A stretch of 64,000 nt of DNA from Patescibacteria group bacterium (GTDB lineage: Bacteria > Patescibacteriota > Patescibacteriia > Patescibacteriales > UBA12465): positions 65,052 through 129,051 of the forward strand of contig JBAZBP010000002.1 in assembly GCA_041671365.1 (NCBI GenBank), in the 5' to 3' direction. This document shows, piece by piece, positions 35,231 to 45,404 of this stretch. The notes beneath the pieces are model-generated. The model had not been told where the DNA came from. It made no database searches and was given only the letters and a program-made list of their open reading frames with translations. A program made the position numbers and the translations under genes. Every line of letters begins with the position of its first letter. Positions within the stretch are counted from its first letter, which is position 1.

Positions 35231-35269
35231 TCCAAATAATTTCCTCAATAATTGAGTCCAAAGAGATGG
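35231..35269. repeat. Direct repeat, right copy, flanking the TA module
   Basis: See the left copy at 33735-33776. Confidence 0.7.
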
Positions 35270-35379
35270 CCAAAAACATGTCTAGGGAGTAAAATATAAG
35301 TAAACTCGTAGATTTAAAGAGCTAATAATTTGTCTTCTTAACGGCTAAAAATATTAACCGGGGAGAGGAAATAAATATT

Positions 35380-37683
35380 ATGGACAACCAAAATTTTAAT
35401 CAACAAATTCCTGAGAGTCCCCAGTCTATTGTGCCGGAGCCAAAACCAAAAAAAACTAAATTTTTAATCATTTTTAGTATTTTAAGTGTGTTAATTCTTG
35501 TCAGTTTATTTGTTTATTTTTTCCTTCCGAAATCCAGTCAAAATGTTATTAACCAAAAAATTATAAAAAAAACTGATGTTATTAAAAAAAACGTAGAAGA
35601 CGTTTATAAGCCCGCCGCCGCTTTTGACTCTAGATTCGCAACTTATGAAGAAATAACGGTGAATGTCTCTCCTAAAATTCCCGCCTATTCGGTCGATAAA
35701 GACTTGAATAATGTTTTAAATGCGAATGATTTTACTTTCTCCACCGAGGCCAAAAATTTATTAGTAAAAAACTCTTTTGTGGTAAAACCTGCCTATAACA
35801 ATGAATTTTTTTCGCTTTATGAGGCCAACCGTTATAGCTACATACCAAACTTTGTCACCACCGATTCAATCCTGCACAACTATCATTTAATGTTTGACTA
35901 CCTGCTTAAACAATTAGAAGAGCAGAGGCTGGCGGCCGAGCTAAAACTGCTTAACGCCAACATGCTAACCGAATCTTTGAATCAATATAATAGTCTAAAA
36001 GGAACTGAATGGGAAAATGCCGCTAAGAGAAATCTCGGATTCTTTGCCGTCGGCAGCAAACTTTTAGATTCGGCGATAAGTATACCACCCGTAGTCCAGA
36101 ACGAAGTCAATCAGGAGTTGGCTTTAATCGACGCCCATCAAGAAATAGCCGTTTCTCCGGTGATGAATATGGGTAGCGATGCCAATATTGTCGAGGCGTT
36201 AAAAGAAGACTACTCGCAATACATTCCCCGAGGACATTATGATAAGACTGAACAATTGAAAGCTTATTTTAAATCAATGATGTGGTATGGCCGCCTGACT
36301 TTCCGCCTAAAAAATGATGATGAAATAAAATCAAGTATTTTAATTACCCTAGCTTTGAACAAAGAAAATAATCAAACGAGTTGGAACAAAATTTATGAAC
36401 CGATAAATTTCTTCGTCGGCAAGAGTGACGATATTACTTATTATCAATTCAAGGATTTAGTTAATCAAATTTATGGTGCCAACACTACATTACAAACAGC
36501 ACTAAGCGACAAAAACAAATTTTCTGCTTTCGTTGAAGCGACCAAAACGCTAGAACCGCCGCAAATAAACTCTATGCCAATCTTCAACGCAGCCATCCAG
36601 CCAGACCGAACCCAAGAAATAAAAGGATTTCGTTTTATGGGACAACGGTTCACGATTGACTCCGCTATATTTCAACGATTAATCGCCAGAGAAGTTGGTC
36701 CTAAAGAAAAGTCTTGCGCTCAAGCGCCATTTGCTAGCGGAAGAATGCTGCCTGAAGGACTGGATATTCCCGCCGCCCTGGGATCAAAAGAGGCTTTGAA
36801 TATTCTAAAAAATCGAGGAGAAACTCAATATGCTTGCTACTCGGAAAATATGTCAAAAATACAAACATATATCGCCGGCCTGCCGGCTGAAAACTGGACC
36901 CAAAATTTATATTGGGGCTGGCTTTATCAACTTCGTCCCTTGACCGAAGAAAAACCAAACGGTTATCCGGCTTTTATGCAAAGTGCGACTTGGACCAAAA
37001 AAGACCTTAATACTTTTTTGGGCAGCTGGACCGAATTAAAACACGACACTATTCTTTATGCTAAACAAGTTTATGCCGAACTTGGCGGCGGACCTGGTCC
37101 AGAAAAAAAAGATGATCGCGGATATGTGGAACCTAATCCCCTGGTTTATGCGCGTCTCGCCTCACTTCTCAAAATGACCAATGAGGGTTTGGATGTGCGG
37201 GGATTATTGAGTGCAAATCTCAAAGATGATCTTAGTAAAATGGAACAGCTAGCCGCGTCACTTAAAAATATAGCTGAAAAAGAATTAAATAATAAAAATC
37301 TAAATGATGCGGACTATGAACTTATCCGCTCCTATGGCGGACAACTAGAGCATTTCTGGCTAGAGATAAATAACAATGAACCACAATACAAAGAATTAGG
37401 CCAAAGGAATTTCTTAGACCAAAATCCGGCCGCGATTGTCGCCGATGTGGCCACCGATCCCAACGGCCAAGTATTGGAGGAAGGGACGGGAAAAATTTCC
37501 GAAATTTATGTGGTATTCCCGATTGACGGAAAGTTAAAAATCGCTAAAGGCGGGGTATATTCTTACTATGAATTTCTTTGGCCACTATCCGACAGATTAA
37601 CCGATAGCAAATGGCGAGAAATACTAAATTCTGACCAGGCTCCACTTCTACCGGAATGGACCAGCGCCTTTACGGCTAAATAA
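35380..37683 (+). CDS. Membrane-anchored extracytoplasmic protein (possibly DUF3160-like)
   Basis: N-terminal TM anchor. The segment FVTTDSILHNYHLMFDYLLK recalls DUF3160, but I am recalling this with low certainty. Confidence 0.45.
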   Translation: MDNQNFNQQIPESPQSIVPEPKPKKTKFLIIFSILSVLILVSLFVYFFLPKSSQNVINQKIIKKTDVIKKNVEDVYKPAAAFDSRFATYEEITVNVSPKIPAYSVDKDLNNVLNANDFTFSTEAKNLLVKNSFVVKPAYNNEFFSLYEANRYSYIPNFVTTDSILHNYHLMFDYLLKQLEEQRLAAELKLLNANMLTESLNQYNSLKGTEWENAAKRNLGFFAVGSKLLDSAISIPPVVQNEVNQELALIDAHQEIAVSPVMNMGSDANIVEALKEDYSQYIPRGHYDKTEQLKAYFKSMMWYGRLTFRLKNDDEIKSSILITLALNKENNQTSWNKIYEPINFFVGKSDDITYYQFKDLVNQIYGANTTLQTALSDKNKFSAFVEATKTLEPPQINSMPIFNAAIQPDRTQEIKGFRFMGQRFTIDSAIFQRLIAREVGPKEKSCAQAPFASGRMLPEGLDIPAALGSKEALNILKNRGETQYACYSENMSKIQTYIAGLPAENWTQNLYWGWLYQLRPLTEEKPNGYPAFMQSATWTKKDLNTFLGSWTELKHDTILYAKQVYAELGGGPGPEKKDDRGYVEPNPLVYARLASLLKMTNEGLDVRGLLSANLKDDLSKMEQLAASLKNIAEKELNNKNLNDADYELIRSYGGQLEHFWLEINNNEPQYKELGQRNFLDQNPAAIVADVATDPNGQVLEEGTGKISEIYVVFPIDGKLKIAKGGVYSYYEFLWPLSDRLTDSKWREILNSDQAPLLPEWTSAFTAK

Positions 37684-39456
37684 ATGAAAGCTAAAAAAAT
37701 TATTGGAATAATATTGTTTTTTGTCTTCGGCTTGATTGCTATTATTTTAATCGGCCGTTATTATTGGCTCTATTCAGAGAATAATACACCCCGCACCATT
37801 CCAAACAAACAAGATTCAACTTCAAATAATCAACAACTAAACGAGCAAAAATTTTTAGATTTTTCGACCCAAAAAAAGAAACTTCTTGCAGCCGGCGCAG
37901 AAGTTTCTTTAGTGGCGGTCGGCGATATTTCTTACTCACGGAGCGTCGAAAGAACGGTTAAAAAACAAAAGGATATTAATTATCCCTTTCGGGAAATACG
38001 GGACTATCTGAAAAATGCTGATCTAGTTTTCGGTAATTTAGAAACACCAATTACTGCCGGACGAGAAATTGCTACCGGAGAAATGATTTTTCGATCTAAT
38101 CCCGGTACCGAACAAGCCTTGCAAGAGACAGGATTTTCTGTCTTGTCGTTAGCCAATAATCACACTCCCAATTTTGGTGAACCAGGGCTTAAAGATACTT
38201 TTAACTACCTGCGACAAGCCGGCCTAAACTATGTGGGAGCGGGAAAAAATGAACAAGAGGCTAACCAGCCGATTTATCTGGAAAAAAAAGGAATAAAATT
38301 TGCTTGGCTGGCCTATAATGATTCCGACGTAGTTCCCGCTTCGTATGAGGCGGGTGTCGCTCGGACCGGAACGGCTTTTATGCGAACGGAAAAAATGATT
38401 AAAGCGGTAAGAGAAGCTAAACAAAAAGTTGATTTTGTCATTGTCTCTATGCATTCCGGAACCGAATATGTTCAAGGACCGAATAATTCACAAATAAATT
38501 TTGCTCATGCGGCCATCGACGCCGGAGCGGATTTAATTATTGGCCACCATCCCCATGTCGTGCAAACCCTGGAAAAATATCAAGAAAAATACATTTTTTA
38601 TAGTTTAGGAAATTTTATTTTTGACCAAGCGTTTTCACAAGACACTAAAGACGGCTTAATGATTCAGGTATATTTTACAAAAAATGGAATTAGTAAAATT
38701 TCTCTTTTACCGCTAACAAATAAAAACTTCGCTCAGCCGAGCATAGTTACTGGCAGCGAGGCCGAAAAAATCCTACAAAGATTAGCGTTCCCTTGGGCAA
38801 ACCAGGCTATTTACTTTTGGAATAGTAAAAATAATAATTTTGAAAAAACTTATCGGGCGACAATTTATAACCGAACACTACAAAATATAACGGCCACTTC
38901 CCAAAAAGAACTGGCGGATTTAGACCATAATTCGATTCCAGAAACTTATACTTTAGAAAACGGCCAATTAATAATTACGGAAAACGCTAAAACTATTTGG
39001 CAATCACCGCCTGACTGGTGGCTAGATAATTTTATTCTGGCCGATTCTAATAATGACGGGATTATAGATTTAAATTTATCCGCGTGGAGGACTGGAGATT
39101 TCGGCTCGTCAAAACCATTTTGGATCAAAGAAAATGATCTGAGTATAAAAAATCATTTTTTCGTTTTTGATCTTTTGGCCGAAGCAATTAAACCAATTTG
39201 GCAATCTTCAAACCTGGAGGCACCAAATTGCGAATCTGTTCTAGCCGATATTGACGGTGACGCTAAAAACGAATTAATCGTGATTGAGGGAGATTATTCA
39301 CAAACCCCGGAGTGCCGAGGAAATTATATCGCTGTCTGGAAATGGAACGGCTGGGGATTTTCCAATGAATGGCGAAGCGAAAAAGGAAATTTTTCCGACA
39401 TCAAAATCGAAAAAATTGAAGGAAAAAACTATATCACGGCTAATATATCAAATTAA
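37684..39456 (+). CDS. CapA/PgsA-type metallophosphoesterase with a C-terminal FG-GAP/VCBS-like region
   Basis: VAVGDISYSR, GNLETP, LANNHT, SMHSGTEY and GHHPHV, then DSNNDGIIDL and DIDGDAKNE. Confidence 0.8.
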   Translation: MKAKKIIGIILFFVFGLIAIILIGRYYWLYSENNTPRTIPNKQDSTSNNQQLNEQKFLDFSTQKKKLLAAGAEVSLVAVGDISYSRSVERTVKKQKDINYPFREIRDYLKNADLVFGNLETPITAGREIATGEMIFRSNPGTEQALQETGFSVLSLANNHTPNFGEPGLKDTFNYLRQAGLNYVGAGKNEQEANQPIYLEKKGIKFAWLAYNDSDVVPASYEAGVARTGTAFMRTEKMIKAVREAKQKVDFVIVSMHSGTEYVQGPNNSQINFAHAAIDAGADLIIGHHPHVVQTLEKYQEKYIFYSLGNFIFDQAFSQDTKDGLMIQVYFTKNGISKISLLPLTNKNFAQPSIVTGSEAEKILQRLAFPWANQAIYFWNSKNNNFEKTYRATIYNRTLQNITATSQKELADLDHNSIPETYTLENGQLIITENAKTIWQSPPDWWLDNFILADSNNDGIIDLNLSAWRTGDFGSSKPFWIKENDLSIKNHFFVFDLLAEAIKPIWQSSNLEAPNCESVLADIDGDAKNELIVIEGDYSQTPECRGNYIAVWKWNGWGFSNEWRSEKGNFSDIKIEKIEGKNYITANISN

Positions 39457-39467
39457 AATAATCAAAA

Positions 39468-40460
39468 CTATTCAGCCAACTCGATAATTTTATTAATCAA
39501 TTCCTGATAACCCATACCCAAATTCATCATTAATAAAGGAAACATGGAAATATCCGTGAACCCCGGAATCGTATTTATTTCACTAAGATAAATTTTATTC
39601 TTAGCGACAAAAAAATCAACGCGGGCAAACCCCTGACAGCCGGCCAGGCGGTAGGCCTGAGCCGCTATTTTTCTAATTTTACCGACCTGGACCCTGCTAA
39701 TATCAGCGGGTACGATTATCTTCGCTTCACCTAATTTATATTTAGCATCATAATCATAAAAATCTTTAACTAATTTCAATTCTCCCGGACGAGAAATGAT
39801 TAATTTTTGATTACCGACCACCGCCACTTCAATCTCCTGCGGATTAACTATCCCCTCCTCTACTAAAATCTTCCGATCATGTTTTTTAGCTTCATTTATC
39901 GCCGCCGCCAAATCTGAATATTTTTCTACTTTTGTTATACCGATTGAAGAACCGGAATTGGCCGGTTTAACAAAAAGAGGTAACTTAAAAATTTTTTTTA
40001 TTTCACTTTCTCCGGCCTGTAATTCGGCCGGAGTCATAGTTATATAATCTAAAATATTATATTTTACCTGTTTAATTTTAGCCGCGGACATTAAATTTTT
40101 AAAAACCGCTTTATCCATACATAAAGCCGAACTCAAGACTTGTGAACCACAATATTTTATTTTTTGGCTTTCTAAAATAGCCTGTAAAACTCCATCTTCG
40201 CCGTAACGGCCATGAGTCATCAGTAAGGCCACATTAAATAACGTCGAAAAATCTTCAATTCTAATCCTGTCTTTGGCCAACGGCGCAATATAATAGTTAA
40301 TATTTTTAACTTTATAAAATCGACGGTCTTTTTTATGCCAATAAATCAAAATTAATTTATAACGATGATAATCAAAATATTTCACCACATTTTTTGCCGA
40401 CATCACCGAAACTTCGGCCTCCTCACTTAAGCCTCCGAAAAACAAAGCAATTGTTTTCAT
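39468..40460 (-). CDS. ddl: D-alanine--D-alanine ligase
   Basis: ALFFGGLSEEAEVS, HGRYGEDG, KPANSGSS and EINTIPGFT. Confidence 0.9.
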   Translation of the reverse strand: MKTIALFFGGLSEEAEVSVMSAKNVVKYFDYHRYKLILIYWHKKDRRFYKVKNINYYIAPLAKDRIRIEDFSTLFNVALLMTHGRYGEDGVLQAILESQKIKYCGSQVLSSALCMDKAVFKNLMSAAKIKQVKYNILDYITMTPAELQAGESEIKKIFKLPLFVKPANSGSSIGITKVEKYSDLAAAINEAKKHDRKILVEEGIVNPQEIEVAVVGNQKLIISRPGELKLVKDFYDYDAKYKLGEAKIIVPADISRVQVGKIRKIAAQAYRLAGCQGFARVDFFVAKNKIYLSEINTIPGFTDISMFPLLMMNLGMGYQELINKIIELAE

Positions 40461-40542
40461 AATAGTTTAAAATTTATCTTTCACTTATTTTAGTAAAAGC
40501 TCGACATTTTCGCAAATTACCAAAATTATCCACAGGAGGGGA

Positions 40543-40570
40543 TTGACTTTTAAAACCAGAGGTCTAATAT
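40543..40570 (+). promoter_or_regulatory. Candidate promoter inside the ddl-polA intergenic region
   Basis: TTGACT, 16-nt spacer, TAATAT. Confidence 0.4.
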
Positions 40571-40816
40571 GTGAAACATAAAGAGGGGTTGGCGAAAACA
40601 CTAAAAAAGCCAAAAGGCAATAACGCCTAGCAGCGCTACCAGCGCATTTAGTAGTAAACCGCAACTTTATAAATAGCACTTAGTTTCTTGGTAGGCTTAG
40701 TGCTCTGTTCTCACATATTTATGACCCTGGGTTACGCCAGAGGTGTTCCGCCCTAGATTGAGCGGGATAAAATTTCATAAATTTTTTACCATTTTCGTTC
40801 AACGAAGGAGGCCCGA

Positions 40817-40966
40817 ATGATCTATCTTCTTTCATTGTTCGTCGGTTCATTCCAGCTCTTCGTTAATGAAAGCCAATTGCCGGCAGACATTGTTTCTACT
40901 TTCTCTAATGAAAATAAAAAAGAAAGTAAAAACGTGTCTCTTGCCTTTAATTTGGCTATTAATTAA
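40817..40966 (+). CDS. Small ORF (49 aa) with a strong SD
   Basis: GAAGGAGG is followed by cccga and then the ATG. Translation: MIYLLSLFVGSFQLFVNESQLPADIVSTFSNENKKESKNVSLAFNLAIN. Confidence 0.35.
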   Translation: MIYLLSLFVGSFQLFVNESQLPADIVSTFSNENKKESKNVSLAFNLAIN

Positions 40967-41178
40967 CGAGGGGTCCATCGCCTGGGATTTGCAAACTGTT
41001 GCCTCCCTAGGAATAGTCTAGATTTATTAATAAACATAATCATTAATTAATTAATCAATCTTACTTAGGTTCTAGTTCTCAAGCTAGACTAATGCGGTGG
41101 ACCCAAACTTCTTGTTCTTGAAGTAAATCATTGTTCTTTCAATTAAGCTAAAAATAAAAAATAAATCAGATTTACTTC

Positions 41179-41211
41179 AAACGGTTTCCTCTTGGAAACC
41201 GTTTTTATTTT
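41179..41211 (+). terminator. Rho-independent terminator just upstream of polA
   Basis: aaacggtttcc-tctt-ggaaaccgttt followed by ttatttt. Confidence 0.7.
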
Positions 41212-41237
41212 CCCTTTAAAAATGATAAACTAAGTAC

Positions 41238-44033
41238 ATGTCCAAAACTAAACCAAAACTTATAATTATCGACGGAAACGCCTTAATTCACCGCAGTTTC
41301 CACGCTCTACCGCCGACCTTACGGACTAAAGACGGCCAGCTTGTTAATGCGGTATACGGCTTTACTTCTTTTTTGCTTAAAGCGCTCAACGAATTTCACC
41401 CCGAATACGTCGTTTTAACTTTAGACACTAAGGGACCGAATTTTCGCCATGAAGCCTATTCGGATTATAAAGCCACCCGCGTTAAGGCGCCGGACGAATT
41501 ATACGAACAGATTCCGCTCGTTAAAAAAGTAGCCGAAGCTTTTTCTATTCCAATTTTTGAATTAAGCGGCTATGAGGCCGACGATTTAATCGGAACAATT
41601 TGCGCTCAAACAAAAAATGAAAAAAATTTAGAAAAAATTATCATTACCGGTGATCTGGATACGCTGCAGTTAATAAACGATAAAACTAAAGTTTATACGA
41701 TGAGCCGCGGCCTGTCCGATAGTGTTTTATATGGGGATGAGCAAGTTAAAGAACGTTATAATTTACGGCCCGACCAAATTATTGACTATAAAGCTTTGCG
41801 CGGCGACCCGAGCGATAATATTCCCGGAGTAAAAGGTATCGGCGAGAAAACCGCCAGCGATCTCTTGGTAGAATTTAAAACTCTAGGTGGCGTTTACGAA
41901 GCGGTAAAAAAAAATAATGCTCAAATAAAACCGCGAATTTTAGAATTATTAGCAACTAATAAAAACAAGGCTTACCTCAGTCAGCAATTGGCCACGATTG
42001 ATCTAGCGGCCCCGATAAAATTTTCTCTAAGCGACACTAAGTTTTCAACATTTAAATTGGAAGATGTCTTGGATATTTTCAGTAAATTAGAATTTCGATC
42101 CCTATTAATTAAAGTTAAAGACCTAAGAGATCGAATAAATAAAGAACATGACGGAAAAGCTAACTCTGGCGAAATCACGGGGATGAAAAAAAAATCTCCT
42201 CTCTCGACAGAAAAAACCAATTCCGGCGCCGTTAAATTCGCCAGAAATGCTGCTGACTTTAATTATCAATTAATCGATGACTCTAAAAAATTTAGTAATT
42301 TTTTAAAAAAATTAAAAATTCAAAAAGCCTTTGCTCTTGATACTGAAACTTCCGGTCTCGACCCGATCACGGCCGAATTATTAGGAATCAGTTTTTCCTG
42401 GAAAGAGGGCGATGCTTATTTTGTTTTAGCGACTAAAAATCGCCTGGAAGAATTAAAACCGATTCTAATCGATCCTAAAATAAAAAAATACGGCCATAAC
42501 TTAAAATTCGATTGGCGCGTTTTAAAAAGCCAGGGGATTGAATTACAAGGCTTAGAGTTCGACACCATGATTGCTTCTTATCTCTTAAACCCCTCCAGCC
42601 GGCAACATAATTTAGATGGACTTGTTTTTACGGAACTAGGCTTTGAAAAAATAAATAAAACTAATTTAGCCGACACTCAGCCGCAACAGTTAACCCTTGA
42701 TTTTAAAAGCTTGGACCCGGAAAAATTAAGTTTATATTCTTGCGAAGATGCCGACTTCACTAATCGCCTAGTAAAAATCCTCGCCAAAAAATTAAAAACA
42801 GCCGGGCTTGAAGAGTTATTCAATCTTATTGAAATGCCGCTCATTCCGGTTTTAGGAACCATGGAAAATAATGGCATTAAAATAGAGACGAAACCCTTGA
42901 AAGACTTGACTAAAACAGTCGGAACTAGATTAAACAAGTTAGAAAAAGACATTTATAAATTAGCCGAAACTAAATTTAATATTAATTCTACCAAACAATT
43001 AAAAGAAATCCTCTTTGAAAAATTAGCTATTCCCGTCATAAATATTAAAAAAACTAAAACCGGTTTCTCCACGGCCGAGAATGAATTAGAAAAATTAAAA
43101 GAACTTCATCCGATTATTCCGCTTCTGCAAGATTATCGCGAATTAAATAAGCTGCAAACGACTTATTTAAATGCTTTACCAACGATGATTAATCCCTTAA
43201 CCGGCCGCATTCATACCAGTTTTAACCAAACAATTACCGCGACCGGACGTCTCTCTTCAACGGATCCTAATTTGCAGAATATTCCGACCAGAACCGAAGA
43301 GGGCCAAAAAATTCGCACCGCTTTCGTCGCCGAATCCGGCTGCTGTTTAATTAGTTTCGATTATTCCCAAATCGAATTGCGCCTCGCCGCCCATATGTCC
43401 GGCGATAAAAAAATGATTAAAGCTTTCAAGGACCGAGAAGATATTCATACCGCGACAGCGGCGGAAATTAACGGCGTAAAACCGAACGAAGTGACAAAAA
43501 ATATGCGACGCGAGGCCAAAGCAATTAATTTTGGAATTTTATATGGCCAAGGACCGCATGGCCTAAGCCAGGGAGCTGGTATTCCCTACTGGCAAGCGGG
43601 TGAATTTATAAAAAAATATTTTGCCGCTTATCCCCACATTAAAACCATGATGGATAATTCCATTGCCGAGGCCAAGAAAAATGGCTATGCTATTACCTTG
43701 TTTGGCCGTAAACGTCCGCTGCCGGAAATTAATTCCACAATTCCGATGATTCGCAAGAGTGCGGAACGCATGGCTATCAATACGCCGCTCCAAGGAACCG
43801 CCGCCGATTTAATTAAATTGGCTATGGTAAAAATTGAAAAATTTATTTATGGACACGAGCGTGATGTTCGAATGCTTTTACAGGTTCATGACGAGTTGAT
43901 TTTTGAAATTAAAACCGATAAAATTGACACTTACGCTCCAACCATTAAAAAAATAATGGAAGAAGGTTTAGAATTAAGAATACCGATCGTGGTTGATGAA
44001 AACATTGGTAATAACTGGGGGGAACTAAAATAA
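41238..44033 (+). CDS. polA: DNA polymerase I
   Basis: 5'-nuclease N-terminus, a 3'-5' exonuclease region (DTETSGLD), and polymerase motifs DYSQIELR, RRxAKxxNFG and QVHDE. Confidence 0.95.
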   Translation: MSKTKPKLIIIDGNALIHRSFHALPPTLRTKDGQLVNAVYGFTSFLLKALNEFHPEYVVLTLDTKGPNFRHEAYSDYKATRVKAPDELYEQIPLVKKVAEAFSIPIFELSGYEADDLIGTICAQTKNEKNLEKIIITGDLDTLQLINDKTKVYTMSRGLSDSVLYGDEQVKERYNLRPDQIIDYKALRGDPSDNIPGVKGIGEKTASDLLVEFKTLGGVYEAVKKNNAQIKPRILELLATNKNKAYLSQQLATIDLAAPIKFSLSDTKFSTFKLEDVLDIFSKLEFRSLLIKVKDLRDRINKEHDGKANSGEITGMKKKSPLSTEKTNSGAVKFARNAADFNYQLIDDSKKFSNFLKKLKIQKAFALDTETSGLDPITAELLGISFSWKEGDAYFVLATKNRLEELKPILIDPKIKKYGHNLKFDWRVLKSQGIELQGLEFDTMIASYLLNPSSRQHNLDGLVFTELGFEKINKTNLADTQPQQLTLDFKSLDPEKLSLYSCEDADFTNRLVKILAKKLKTAGLEELFNLIEMPLIPVLGTMENNGIKIETKPLKDLTKTVGTRLNKLEKDIYKLAETKFNINSTKQLKEILFEKLAIPVINIKKTKTGFSTAENELEKLKELHPIIPLLQDYRELNKLQTTYLNALPTMINPLTGRIHTSFNQTITATGRLSSTDPNLQNIPTRTEEGQKIRTAFVAESGCCLISFDYSQIELRLAAHMSGDKKMIKAFKDREDIHTATAAEINGVKPNEVTKNMRREAKAINFGILYGQGPHGLSQGAGIPYWQAGEFIKKYFAAYPHIKTMMDNSIAEAKKNGYAITLFGRKRPLPEINSTIPMIRKSAERMAINTPLQGTAADLIKLAMVKIEKFIYGHERDVRMLLQVHDELIFEIKTDKIDTYAPTIKKIMEEGLELRIPIVVDENIGNNWGELK

Positions 44034-44048
44034 ATGCTTAGATAAATT

Positions 44049-45404
44049 ATGACTTGGAAACTTAAATTACAAAAACTAAACAAACAGAAAATTGCCCTCC
44101 TGGGTTTAGGCTTAGATAACCAAGCACTTTTAATTTTACTTAATGCCGCCAAGATAAAGGCGCCCATTACTATTTGCGATGCCCGCCCGAAAAATAAACT
44201 ATCAATTCCTAAATTAAAAAATTTAAAAATCAATTATCAGCTGGAAAAAGAATTTAATAAAAATTTATATAAATTCGATTTACTCTTTCGTTCTCCCGGC
44301 TGGCCGCTAAGCTGTCCCGGCGTTAAAGAAGCTTTAAAAAAGGGCCAAACCAAAATCAACAGTCCTTTAAATTTATTTTTCTCGTTGACCGCGACAAAAA
44401 ATATTATCGGCGTCACCGGCAGCAAGGGCAAGGGCACGACGGCCACTTTAATTTATAAAATTTTAAAAGACGCCGGTCGACGGGTTTTCTTGGGCGGGAA
44501 TATCGGTGTTGCGCCGCTCTCCTTCGTAACAAAAATACAGCCAAGCGATTACGTCATCCTGGAATTATCAAGTTTTCAATTAGAAGATCTAAAATATTCG
44601 CCTCGAATTGCCGTGATTACTAATTTATTTCCGGAACATCTGGCGCCGGCCGATCCGTATAATCCCAATTTTCATCATTCTTATGCTGCTTACTGGCGGG
44701 CAAAACTTAATATTGCCGCTCACCAAGATAATCATTATCTAGTCGTTAATAATCGCTTGAAAACAAAACTGAAAAACAAAGCGACCGATGAAAATCTTCC
44801 GGGAAAAAAAATCTATTTTAAAACTAGCAGTCTGCCGTCTAAACTAATGGGTAGTTATAATCAGGAAAACATTGCGGCAGCCGTAGAGGTAGCGAAACTG
44901 CTAAAAATTAAAACCGCTAAATACAAAAAAGCTATTGCTAATTTTAATAACTTGGAACATCGCTTAGAACTCGCGAGGAGTAAAAACGGCGTTAATTATT
45001 TTGACAATAGTTTTTCGACCACCCCGGAAAGCACTATTCTGGATTTAAAATCTTTTACCGGACCGATTATCTTAATTGCCGGCGGCGCCGATAAAGGCGC
45101 TGATTTCAGGGCGCTCGCCAAAGTCATAAAAAATAAAGTGAAATTTTTAGTTTTACTGACCGGTCAGGCCACACCGCGAATTACCAAAAATTTGCTTTCT
45201 CTAAAATTTACGCCGACAAAAATGATTGAAGTTGATAGCATGGAAAAGGCCGTAATGCTGGCGCACAACCAGGCAAAACCAGGTGACACCGTATTGTTAT
45301 CGACCGCCTGCGCCAGTTTTGGTCTGTTTAAAAATTATAAAGAACGCGGCGAGTTATTTAAAAAATATGTTAGGAAAATCACTAACGATTTAAAACAGAT
45401 ATGA
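44049..45404 (+). CDS. murD: Mur ligase, MurD-like
   Basis: N-terminal Rossmann-like segment, GVTGSKGKGTT P-loop and NSFSTTPEST (comparable to MurD DSKATN). Confidence 0.7.
   Translation: MTWKLKLQKLNKQKIALLGLGLDNQALLILLNAAKIKAPITICDARPKNKLSIPKLKNLKINYQLEKEFNKNLYKFDLLFRSPGWPLSCPGVKEALKKGQTKINSPLNLFFSLTATKNIIGVTGSKGKGTTATLIYKILKDAGRRVFLGGNIGVAPLSFVTKIQPSDYVILELSSFQLEDLKYSPRIAVITNLFPEHLAPADPYNPNFHHSYAAYWRAKLNIAAHQDNHYLVVNNRLKTKLKNKATDENLPGKKIYFKTSSLPSKLMGSYNQENIAAAVEVAKLLKIKTAKYKKAIANFNNLEHRLELARSKNGVNYFDNSFSTTPESTILDLKSFTGPIILIAGGADKGADFRALAKVIKNKVKFLVLLTGQATPRITKNLLSLKFTPTKMIEVDSMEKAVMLAHNQAKPGDTVLLSTACASFGLFKNYKERGELFKKYVRKITNDLKQI

Larger units (their letters stand above)
26572..35269. mobile_element. 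Integrative island adjacent to tRNA-Ala (recombinase, Rep, defence and TA genes); right boundary uncertain
   Basis: The serine recombinase gene abuts and overlaps the tRNA. The cargo is typical of plasmid- or ICE-like elements. I found no att repeat of the tRNA 3' end. Confidence 0.5.

Noticed and set aside
40461-41237. tmRNA, RNase P RNA, SRP RNA or 6S RNA in the ddl-polA gap. The 64-aa ORF at 40485..40679 (-) was also considered.
   Set aside because: There is no tRNA-like T-arm or CCA-proximal acceptor and no plausible ...AA tag frame for tmRNA. There is no GAGGAAAGUCC / ACAGAA..CGGCUUA for RNase P RNA. There is no GGAAGCAGC-type domain IV for SRP RNA. The minus-strand ORF has no SD and overlaps the predicted promoter. 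The region is kept as an unexplained finding instead.
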